From positions 17,405 through 81,404 of the forward strand of contig JACRAE010000005.1 in assembly GCA_016213525.1 (NCBI GenBank): 64,000 bases of DNA. The letters are read 5' to 3'. The translations under genes were made by a program, and so were the position numbers. Below, one piece after another: positions 1 through 9,129 of the stretch (within the stretch, counting starts at the first letter, position 1; each line of letters opens with the position of its first letter). This stretch comes from Candidatus Aenigmatarchaeota archaeon (GTDB taxonomy: Archaea; Aenigmatarchaeota; Aenigmatarchaeia; CG10238-14; SCSR01). The notes below the pieces were generated by a model. That model had not been told where the DNA came from. It saw only the letters and a list, made by a program, of their open reading frames with translations, and did no database searches.

Positions 1-275
1 ATGGATGCACTAAACAACGTATCTTGGAATCACCGCAGCGGCTCCATATTGTCTATCGTACCTGCATATTGCTTGATGGGTGCTTAATTGGGGATGATTC
101 CTCCCAGTAACGGATGACCCAGCCAGAAAAAATTTTCATCGATCAAGGACCGCTCCGGCGTCTTGGGAAAGAGGAGACCAAGTCTGATCCCTAAGGAATC
201 ACCCAACACCCAAACTTATGGACTTCTAGGATCCTCCCCAAAACCTTGGAGGTAAGACGCCGGGCGGTCTTGGTC

Positions 276-896
276 CTAGTTATGCCTGGGACGTTTTAGG
301 GTGGAATTTCTGGTTGCGTCGGTCAGGGGTTTGACTTCCTCCCTCTTCAGCCTCCAATAAAGGCTCTGTACGAAGTCTAGGTCGGCCACCGCGTGGTCCT
401 CTATCCTCTTGAAGTCCCTGTTCCTGTAGAACGACTCGACTTCGGTGTTCCTGTGCCTCGGACCGGATATGTCGAGCCTCGAAGACACGTCGTCCGCGTT
501 CAGCCCCTTGAACCTCATGCCGTTGAAGGGCAGCATGCACTGGAGAGTGTCGACCGTCGCTATGTTGCAGAAGAAGTCCTCCAGGTTGCCGTGGCCGTCT
601 ATCCCGTTGGCCGCCATCCTGCGTATCAGGGTGGGTACGTCGAACCTGAGTATGTTGTGCCCCACTAGTATCAGGAACCCGTCCCTCCTCATGATTTTGA
701 GATCCGTCAGGAAAGACGACAGTATGTTCTTCTCGGATGACTCCCACTCCTTCAATATTTTCGTATTCCCGTCGAAGTCCCTGTACTGTACCGATATGAC
801 CTTCGTAGAGTCAGAGCGGAACCCGTTCTCCGAGAAAGTCTCGATGTCTATGTACAGCAGCATGACGAACGAAAATAACTTCACGCCGGGCGCCAT
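276..896 (-). CDS. DEDD-type 3'-5' exonuclease (DnaQ / PolB-exonuclease-like, RNase H fold)
   Basis: 206-aa ORF with hand-recognised Exo I YIDIET, Exo II GHNILRFD and Exo III HAVADLD motifs. Confidence 0.6.
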   Translation of the reverse strand: MAPGVKLFSFVMLLYIDIETFSENGFRSDSTKVISVQYRDFDGNTKILKEWESSEKNILSSFLTDLKIMRRDGFLILVGHNILRFDVPTLIRRMAANGIDGHGNLEDFFCNIATVDTLQCMLPFNGMRFKGLNADDVSSRLDISGPRHRNTEVESFYRNRDFKRIEDHAVADLDFVQSLYWRLKREEVKPLTDATRNSTLKRPRHN

Positions 897-923
897 TTAA
901 CGGCTCGCGACCACTCGCGGTGG

Positions 924-3900
924 TCAGCCTATGTAGCCGGACACGCCCATCGTGTCGTCTTCCTTCTGGCGCACGCGCTTCTGCCTCTCGACGAACTTCT
1001 CGTAGTGCGCGCGCACCTCCTTCGAGATGCTCGGCGTCAGCTTCTTCAACGCGTCTTCGAAGTGCTTTGACTTGACTTCGTCCGCCTTGACGTCCTCCCT
1101 CAGGGCGTTCATCGCGGCCTCCCTGCAGAGCGAGTCCAAGTCTGCACCCGAGAATCCGTCGGTAGACTTTGCTATTTCCTTCAGGTCTATCCCTTTCAGC
1201 GGCATATGATTTACATGAACTTTCAATATTTCTAATCTTGCCTTTTCGTCTGGGGGAGGTACCATTACGTATCTATCGAACCTACCTGGTCTCAATATTG
1301 CAGGATCTATAATGTCTGGTCTATTCGTAGCCGCAATAACTACGACTCCCTTTAATTCTTCAAGACCAGACATCTCGGTTAGGAGTTGGGATACTATACT
1401 TTCACTCGAATGTTCCCCTCCAGATATATTTCTTTTTGGAGCTAACGAATCTATTTCATCAAAGAATATTACTGTGGGAGCTACCTGCCTCGCTCTTCGG
1501 AAGAGGTCGCGTATCATTTTTTCCGATTCACCCACCCACTTACTTTTTAGTTCCGGCCCCTTAACAGATATGAAGTTCGCACCGCTCTCATTTGCAACGG
1601 CCTTCGCGAGTAGGGTCTTACCTGTACCTGGAGGACCATAGAGCAAAATTCCTTTTGGAGGTTGTATACCCATTCTTTCGAATCCCTCTGGATTTTTCAA
1701 TGGCCATTCGACCATTTCTATTAGTAATTGTTTCACTTCCTCAAGTCCACCTATGTCTTTCCATTTTACTTTAGGAATTTCAACTAGGACTTCACGCATA
1801 GCAGAAGGTTCTACTACTCTAATAGCATTATCGAAGTCGTCTTTTGTTACACCCTTCTCAAGTTTTTTAATTATGTCTTCAGACAAATCTTCTTCCTTCC
1901 AATTTATTTCTGGAAGAACTCTTCTTAGAACACTCATAGCCGCTTCTTTTGTAAGTGCCCATAAGTCAGCACCCACATAGCCATATGTTTTTTCAGCCAT
2001 GTCTTTAATAATTTTTTCTTTAAGTTTCTTTTCTATTGGTGTCCAGTTTTCTCCCAATAGAATTTTTATACCAGATTCCAGCTTTATCCAAAAATCTCTT
2101 GAGTTATTTGATATACCTAGATAACTTTGGATTATTTCTTTCTGTTCATCATCTAATTTAGGTAAAATTCTGTTTTTAATATTTTCTATAGAACTTAAGT
2201 CCTCAAACTTCTTCAATATAATTTCCTTTTTTTGTCTATACTCAATATTTTTGACATGAGGCCCTGTTAGAATCTCTTCAATATCCTTTATACTATAAGC
2301 ATTTAGTATGTTAAATTTTTCCTCTTTAGACAAACTGTATTCTTTTTGTATATCCTCTAAGAGCAAATTCTTGAATATTGAAAATATTTCCTGATAGAAT
2401 GTTACATGATTCTGGAGTACTCCATTATTGATTAAATATATATTTTTAGAAAATATTTCAGTTTCTTCTTTTTCACGACCAAGTTGTTTTATCAAATTAT
2501 TTTTTTGAGATATTTCATCTTTTTGGGCATTAATTTCGTTATCTATCCTTTGTATCTGATTTGGTAAAATTGTTTTTATTTTTCTATCTACATTGGATAT
2601 GTCAGAATCTATTTGTTCAATTTCGCTCTGAAGTTCCTTGTATTTAGCGGCTCCCTTTTCAGATTTGAAAGCTATATGAGACGTAGAATGTCCTATAATC
2701 TGATCCGATAAATTTTCTATATCGTCTCTGAATTTTTTTTCTTTGTTTTTTAACGTTTTTAATTCTTTTTCATATGAATCTATTTCAGATAATATTTTAT
2801 CCTTGTTTTTTTCTAGGTGTTTTATATCATCCTCGTGTTCCTTAATTTCATCTTCTGCTCGTTTTGTATTATTTTGTATGTTCTTTATTTTGGATTTGAA
2901 ATCATCTTCGATATTTTCTTTTTTGAATTTTTCAGCTAATTCATTGAGTCCATTTTGAACTATTAGTAAATCTATTGGGGGATCAAGTGGCATATTTGCA
3001 GTGTGTATTTTCAATATCTCTAATCTACCCTTGTAATCCGGCACTGGTATTTCAATTTCTCTATCAAAACGTCCTGGTCTTCTTAGAGCAGGATCTATTG
3101 CATTTTGTCTGTTTGTAGCAGCTATTACTATGACCTTGCCTCTTTTCTTAAGACCATCCATGAGTGTGAGTAATTGAGAAACTACTCTTCTTTCAACTTC
3201 TCCTGTAGCATCTTCTCTTTTCGGAGCGACGGAATCAATTTCATCAATAAATATTATTGATGGGGCATTTTTTTCGGCATCTTCAAATATTTTACGTAAA
3301 TTTTCTTCGGACTGACCATACCATTTGCTCATTATTTCTGGTCCAGAAATTGATACGAAGTTCGCACCGCTCTCACTCGCAACGGCCTTCGCGAGTAGGG
3401 TCTTACCTGTACCTGGAGGACCATAGAGCAAAACACCCTTCGGTGGTTCCACTCCAAGTTTATCAAAAAGTTCTGGGTGTCTGAGTGGTATTTCAATCAT
3501 TTCACGTACTTTTCCTATTACTGGACCCAATCCTCCAATATCTTCATAACTTACGATTGGCATAGTTCTCTCTTCTATTTTCATAGCTTCTGGAAGTTCT
3601 GCCAAAATGTCCAAATCGGTGACGTCAGTTATCTTAACTATAGAATTACTTGGATCTGTATTTGTCACAATGAATCTAACTTCTCCTGCTAACGGTGTAA
3701 ATATCATATCTTCGAATGGATTGGAGCCGAAAAATTCTTCGAATATGTTTCCCCCTCTGGCACGCTTCCTGACGACAGGCGACGGAATCAATATGTCTCC
3801 CTTCGCGACCGGGCGCATGTAGATGTTCTGCTTGATCAGGTTCGGCGATATGTGGATTATCATTCCCTTCTCTGCAGGGGCTATCGTGACGCGCTTGGCC

Positions 3901-4193
3901 TCCTTAACTTCTGCTTTCTTGACTTTTACTAACTCCCCAACGCCGCTCCCAGAGTTCCTCCTGGTTATCCCGTCCATGCGAATAATATTCAAACCAACGT
4001 CTGCGGGGTACGCGCGCATCGCTATCGCCGCGGTCTTCCTGTTCCCCTCTATCTCGACCACGTCGCCCTCTTTTATGCTGAGCTTGTTCATGTTGTTCGA
4101 GTCTATCCTGACGATTCCCCTGCCAGCTTCCTCCCTCGCGGTCAGCTCGCCGACCTTCAATTTCGTGTCTGAGCCGGGCGTTTTCTCTGCCAT
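924..4193 (-). CDS. cdc48: Cdc48/VCP/VAT-type double-ring AAA+ ATPase with a ~330-aa insertion in the D1 lid
   Basis: 1089-aa ORF. N-domain GRGIVRID...GDVVEIEG. Two Walker A GPPGTGKT, Walker B IIFIDEID and VIFFDEID, and two ATNR..IDPA(L/I)LRPGRFD second-region-of-homology segments. Confidence 0.92.
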   Translation of the reverse strand: MAEKTPGSDTKLKVGELTAREEAGRGIVRIDSNNMNKLSIKEGDVVEIEGNRKTAAIAMRAYPADVGLNIIRMDGITRRNSGSGVGELVKVKKAEVKEAKRVTIAPAEKGMIIHISPNLIKQNIYMRPVAKGDILIPSPVVRKRARGGNIFEEFFGSNPFEDMIFTPLAGEVRFIVTNTDPSNSIVKITDVTDLDILAELPEAMKIEERTMPIVSYEDIGGLGPVIGKVREMIEIPLRHPELFDKLGVEPPKGVLLYGPPGTGKTLLAKAVASESGANFVSISGPEIMSKWYGQSEENLRKIFEDAEKNAPSIIFIDEIDSVAPKREDATGEVERRVVSQLLTLMDGLKKRGKVIVIAATNRQNAIDPALRRPGRFDREIEIPVPDYKGRLEILKIHTANMPLDPPIDLLIVQNGLNELAEKFKKENIEDDFKSKIKNIQNNTKRAEDEIKEHEDDIKHLEKNKDKILSEIDSYEKELKTLKNKEKKFRDDIENLSDQIIGHSTSHIAFKSEKGAAKYKELQSEIEQIDSDISNVDRKIKTILPNQIQRIDNEINAQKDEISQKNNLIKQLGREKEETEIFSKNIYLINNGVLQNHVTFYQEIFSIFKNLLLEDIQKEYSLSKEEKFNILNAYSIKDIEEILTGPHVKNIEYRQKKEIILKKFEDLSSIENIKNRILPKLDDEQKEIIQSYLGISNNSRDFWIKLESGIKILLGENWTPIEKKLKEKIIKDMAEKTYGYVGADLWALTKEAAMSVLRRVLPEINWKEEDLSEDIIKKLEKGVTKDDFDNAIRVVEPSAMREVLVEIPKVKWKDIGGLEEVKQLLIEMVEWPLKNPEGFERMGIQPPKGILLYGPPGTGKTLLAKAVANESGANFISVKGPELKSKWVGESEKMIRDLFRRARQVAPTVIFFDEIDSLAPKRNISGGEHSSESIVSQLLTEMSGLEELKGVVVIAATNRPDIIDPAILRPGRFDRYVMVPPPDEKARLEILKVHVNHMPLKGIDLKEIAKSTDGFSGADLDSLCREAAMNALREDVKADEVKSKHFEDALKKLTPSISKEVRAHYEKFVERQKRVRQKEDDTMGVSGYIG
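1567..1648. repeat. 82-nt GC-rich patch (D2 Walker A region), ~96% identical to 3352-3433
   Basis: Hand alignment gata[t/c]gaagttcgcaccgctctca[t/c]t[t/c]gcaacggccttcgcgagtagggtcttacctgtacctggaggaccatagagcaaaa, 3 mismatches. Confidence 0.9.
3352..3433. repeat. 82-nt GC-rich patch (D1 Walker A region), partner of 1567-1648
   Basis: Same alignment as above. Flanking sequence of the two AAA domains is clearly diverged at nucleotide level. Confidence 0.9.
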
Positions 4194-4194
4194 A

Positions 4195-4569
4195 TTAGAA
4201 ATCTTCCTCTTCCTGCATTATCTTCTTTTTCATCGGCCTCATTTCCTTGAAAAGCTCGTCTCCGTCGTCTAGGAGGACCTTGAACGTCCTCATCATGACC
4301 TTCTTGCTCCAGTCGTCGAAGAAGTCCATCATCTTGTCGGCGTCCCCCTCCGGCACTAGGAAAGAAGACTGGTCGACCTTCTCGTGCGGCATCTCCTCGA
4401 TCACGCCCTCGCGGTGGTACACGTACTTCTTCTTCCCTCCAGGAACTGTCTGGGTCCAGCCGTAGAGCTCCTTGTAGAACTTCGTCTTCTCGGAGTTGCT
4501 GACCCCGGAGGACTTCATAGTGAACGTGAACATCACGGCCTTCTTTTCCTTCCTTTCGTCCTCGGACAT
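4195..4569 (-). CDS. Hypothetical protein (124 aa), translationally coupled to cdc48
   Basis: The TAA stop lies 1 nt from the cdc48 ATG. TATA-like tttatata sits ~25 nt upstream of the ATG. Alternating beta/alpha-like pattern (AVMFTFTMK / KTKFYKELYGW / YVYHREGV) and an acidic tail. Confidence 0.6.
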   Translation of the reverse strand: MSEDERKEKKAVMFTFTMKSSGVSNSEKTKFYKELYGWTQTVPGGKKKYVYHREGVIEEMPHEKVDQSSFLVPEGDADKMMDFFDDWSKKVMMRTFKVLLDDGDELFKEMRPMKKKIMQEEEDF

Positions 4570-4581
4570 TTAGTGTATTAG

Positions 4582-4624
4582 TGTAGGCTAAGTATATAAA
4601 GTTTTGTGTACGGTTGTAGGCTAA
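4582..4624 (-). promoter_or_regulatory. TATA box (4593-4600) bracketed by a 10-nt direct repeat tgtaggctaa (4582-4591 and 4615-4624)
   Basis: Read directly. The TATA lies ~25 nt upstream of the 4569 start codon. Confidence 0.45.
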
Positions 4625-4626
4625 AA

Positions 4627-4862
4627 TTAATTTTTGGTGGAATCTACAGCCTTCAGTTTCCCGTCCCTGCCTATCTCGGCGACGTGCATCCCTATCGAGG
4701 TCACGTCCAGCTTGGAGAAGTCGACCTCTGCCATCTTCTCGGAGGATATCCAGACCCCACCCTTCCAATCAGAGAGAACAAAGAATCCAGAGAGTTTCAC
4801 ATCATAACCGTTGACCTTCAGCCTCCTCTCGAGGTCCTCCACCTTCCTCTTGTCGAGCACAT

Positions 4863-4881
<19 letters not shown>
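4627..4881 (-). CDS. Hypothetical 84-aa protein, overlaps the end of the upstream methyltransferase gene by 19 nt
   Basis: ORF only. No motif recognised. Confidence 0.35.
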
Positions 4882-5819
<938 letters not shown>

Positions 5820-5859
5820 TCGGGCAAACGTTCATTAGCCAACCGTGGAAAATAGTTCA

Positions 5860-8800
5860 ATGGGGAGTCGGATGGGCACGAAACAAGTTGCGGCAATTTT
5901 GCTGGCGGTCTCAGTGCTCGGTCTGGCGGTAGCCATGGCGCCGGCCTTGGGGGAGGATTCGTTCCATTCAGTTGAGTTCGAATCGAAAGTACACGACGAT
6001 GTGAAAGAGGAGGTAGCCGCCGATCCGAACGACACCATAGAGGTCATCGTCGAGACCTCGGGCGGCGACGAATCTGCCCAGAGGGAGGCAATCGAGCTTA
6101 TTGGTAACATAACCCACGACTACTCCACAATAGATTCTTTTTCGGTGGAAATCAGACCGGAAGATCTGGACGAACTGTCCCAGGAAGATTTCGTCACGAG
6201 CATAGAGCCAGACCCAATATTCATTGCTCAGCTGCAGACCAGCGTGCCCCTGGTAAACGCCTCAGTCACATGGTCGCGCACGGTTTCCGGGGTCAATCTT
6301 ACCGGTAGAGGGATAGGAGTCTGTATAATCGACACCGGGGTCAACTACACGCACCCTGACCTTGGCGGATGCCCGGCGACGTCCGACATAAACACGGCCG
6401 GGTGCTCCAGGGTAGTTGCAGGATACGATTTCGTCAACGACGACAACAACCCCATGGACGACGTCGACCATGGCACGCATGTAGCAGGCATAGTTGGTGC
6501 TAACGGCGGAATAGTTGGGGTAGCTCCAAACTCCAGCATAATAGCGATAAAATCGCTCGCTCCGGGCAACCCGCCTTCCGGGACCCTGTCGGACATTGTG
6601 GCGGGCATAGACTGGTGCGTGAGCAACGCTACCTCGCTGAACATAAGCGTAATCAGCATGAGCCTGGGAGACGGCGGTACATATGCCGGATACTGCGACG
6701 GCACATACCCTTCAATGACGGCTGCGATAAACTCAGCCATTTCCAGCAACATAACGGTCGTGGTAGCCTCTGGGAACGACGGCAGCACGTCTGGAATGTC
6801 CAACCCGGCATGCGTGACGAACGCAACGTCGATAGGATCTACCACGGACTCCGACGTGTTCAGCAGCTTTAGCAACAGGAACTCCATTCTGGATCTGGCC
6901 GCCCCGGGGTCCACCATAAACTCGACCAGGATACAGGGAGGCTACGTGGAGTTCAGCGGCACCTCCATGGCGACGCCGCATGCGGCCGGGATGTTCGCCA
7001 TCTTGTACCAGAAGTACAAGCTCCTGTACAACGCGAAGCCTGCCGTGGGCCTTCTGGAGAGCATCAGCAAGTCTAGTGGCGTCATGATATACGATTCCGG
7101 AGTCGGGATGAGCTTCCCGAGAATAGATGTTCTCAACACGTCTCAGCAGATACGCTCCACCTACTCGTCGCACGTCTCGGGAAACTCAACGATCGAGAGG
7201 GGATCTCAGGTGAATTTTTCCGCCATGTGGTCCAGCAACGTAAACCTTGGATTTGCCGTGCTGTCGACCAACGAGACGGGCGCGTTCCTGAACAAGACTG
7301 AGAACTATGGATCCCCGCAGACGCTCTTCGCCATGAACTGGAGCAACTTCACATGGTCGAACTCGTCCGTTCCCAATGGAACCGTAGTACTGTGGAGGAT
7401 ATACGCCAACGACAGCGCCGGGAACCAGAATGCCACCGACGCGCTGAACTTCACCGTACTGGACACCACGATATACATGACGAACTCCACCAAGACGAAC
7501 GACACGTCTTACTCGTCCGGCGCGTTCTATTCGTTCAACGTGACGGTGACCGAGTTCACGGGCACGGGGAACGTGACGTTCGAGTGGGACTCGTCCCAGA
7601 ATTCCACGGTGTATCTTTACCAGACCCTGAACTCGAGCTCCAGCGTCTTCATGGCCAACAAGACCGACCTCCCGGCCGGTAACTACACTTACAGGTGGAT
7701 TGCGAACGACACGCTCGGAAACAGGAACTCCGCATCTGGCACCTTCAACCTGTCTAAGGCACAGCCGGCGATGATCCTGTCGTCGACACCCTCGAACTCC
7801 ACGGTGTTCGGCGGGTTCACAGCAGCAAATGGTACCATCGTCACTGGGGATGTCTCCTTCATTCTGAGCCTGACCAGAAATGGGACGGTCGTCAACACGA
7901 GCTCCAGCAGGTCCGTCACCGAAAACGTAACTCTAGGGTCTGGCACCCACAACTACACCCTGACGTACAACGGGACCCAAAACTACACCTCATTTTCAAT
8001 ATCGAACTTGACTTCCGTCAGCACGGCCCCGACTTCAATAGGCCTCTTCCTCAACGGTACCCAGGGAAACTTCACCTATGACAGGTCTTCCCAGGTGAAC
8101 ATCACCGCCAGGGTCAACGTGACGGGCGCCGGATTGAACGTCTCCATATTCCTGAACAGCAGCGGGACGTCCATTGAAGTCAACTCGTCTTCAAACACCG
8201 CCTCATATTTCATCGGAACCTCGGGACTGAACCTGGGGATCTACAATGTCACCGCGTCATACAACGGAAGCAGCTCGAACTATTCTCGGAGCAGTCAGAC
8301 TTTCTTCTTCTCCGTGAGGGAGTTCTATAGGAACTTCTCCGTGAGCATACAGAACGGGACCTTGGAGTTGGTGGACGCCGATGAGGCGAACACGACCCTA
8401 GACTTCCTGACCAACGACACGGTAATCAACAACGAGACAAACGTGTCGGTTGGCAGCGACAACCCCGTGGGCGCCAACCCGTCCGGAATCTCGATAGGCA
8501 AGTTCCTCAGGATAAACGTGAGCTCCCGCATAGCGAGCAACCTCACCTATGCCGTGATAAGGTTCAGTTACCTGGACTCCGACGTCCCATCGGGCGCGGA
8601 CGAGAGCACGCTGAGGCTGTTCAGGTGGAACGGCTCGTCCTGGGTCAGGTTCGACGGCCAGTTCATCGGGGGCGTGGACACGTCGAGCAACGTTGTGTTC
8701 GCCAACACAACGCAGTTCAGCGACTTCACGGTGGCAGGCGAGGCCGCGTCGTCGCCGGCGCCCGTCTCGGTCTCATCCTCGGGAGGCGGAGGAGGAGCCC

Positions 8801-9129
8801 CGTTGAAGAAATCGAACGTCTCAGTTGAGAAAGAAAACAATACGACCGAGATCCCCGTTGTTTCCGAAGAAAATGTTCCCGATGTGGTTTTGGTGGAGAA
8901 CACGACGGCAGCCGAAGAAAGTCCCGACTCGTCCGGGGACGCCGCGGAGCCCCAGACGGCGTATCTGTCATATGCCACCACAGCTCTGGCAGTTATTGGC
9001 GTGGCGGCCGTCTTGTTTTCAATCAGGCGCAAAATATCCCGCCTGTTGGAATTCCACAGGAGGCCCTGGCGCCAGCGGGGATCCGGCCTGCACTTCCACA
9101 AGAACTCTAGGCGGAGGAGGCCTTCTTAG
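5860..9129 (+). CDS. Secreted subtilisin-like (S8) serine protease with a long N-x-S/T-rich stalk and a C-terminal TM anchor
   Basis: Signal-like MGSRMGTKQVAAILLAVSVLGLAVAMA. Catalytic triad contexts CIIDTGV, HGTHVAG, GTSMATPH. C-terminal YATTALAVIGVAAVLFSIRRK. The ORF-track start (GTG 5845) is replaced by the ATG at 5860. Confidence 0.88.
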   Translation: MGSRMGTKQVAAILLAVSVLGLAVAMAPALGEDSFHSVEFESKVHDDVKEEVAADPNDTIEVIVETSGGDESAQREAIELIGNITHDYSTIDSFSVEIRPEDLDELSQEDFVTSIEPDPIFIAQLQTSVPLVNASVTWSRTVSGVNLTGRGIGVCIIDTGVNYTHPDLGGCPATSDINTAGCSRVVAGYDFVNDDNNPMDDVDHGTHVAGIVGANGGIVGVAPNSSIIAIKSLAPGNPPSGTLSDIVAGIDWCVSNATSLNISVISMSLGDGGTYAGYCDGTYPSMTAAINSAISSNITVVVASGNDGSTSGMSNPACVTNATSIGSTTDSDVFSSFSNRNSILDLAAPGSTINSTRIQGGYVEFSGTSMATPHAAGMFAILYQKYKLLYNAKPAVGLLESISKSSGVMIYDSGVGMSFPRIDVLNTSQQIRSTYSSHVSGNSTIERGSQVNFSAMWSSNVNLGFAVLSTNETGAFLNKTENYGSPQTLFAMNWSNFTWSNSSVPNGTVVLWRIYANDSAGNQNATDALNFTVLDTTIYMTNSTKTNDTSYSSGAFYSFNVTVTEFTGTGNVTFEWDSSQNSTVYLYQTLNSSSSVFMANKTDLPAGNYTYRWIANDTLGNRNSASGTFNLSKAQPAMILSSTPSNSTVFGGFTAANGTIVTGDVSFILSLTRNGTVVNTSSSRSVTENVTLGSGTHNYTLTYNGTQNYTSFSISNLTSVSTAPTSIGLFLNGTQGNFTYDRSSQVNITARVNVTGAGLNVSIFLNSSGTSIEVNSSSNTASYFIGTSGLNLGIYNVTASYNGSSSNYSRSSQTFFFSVREFYRNFSVSIQNGTLELVDADEANTTLDFLTNDTVINNETNVSVGSDNPVGANPSGISIGKFLRINVSSRIASNLTYAVIRFSYLDSDVPSGADESTLRLFRWNGSSWVRFDGQFIGGVDTSSNVVFANTTQFSDFTVAGEAASSPAPVSVSSSGGGGGAPLKKSNVSVEKENNTTEIPVVSEENVPDVVLVENTTAAEESPDSSGDAAEPQTAYLSYATTALAVIGVAAVLFSIRRKISRLLEFHRRPWRQRGSGLHFHKNSRRRRPS

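Noticed and set aside
1-275. ~190 nt of apparently non-coding sequence at the window start, with a possible 10-bp helix (GGG(A)TGATTCC / GGAATCACCC). I considered SRP RNA, RNase P RNA and 5S rRNA
   Set aside because: I could not find the conserved SRP helix-8, RNase P P4 (GAGGAAAGUCC) or 5S (CCGAACACGG) signatures. The region is truncated by the window edge. A covariance-model scan is needed before calling anything.
1989-2984. Whether the Cdc48 insertion is an intein or a mobile insertion
   Set aside because: There is no Cys/Ser/Thr at the N-terminal junction, no terminal His-Asn followed by a nucleophile, and no endonuclease motifs. The low-complexity helical composition argues for a structural insertion.
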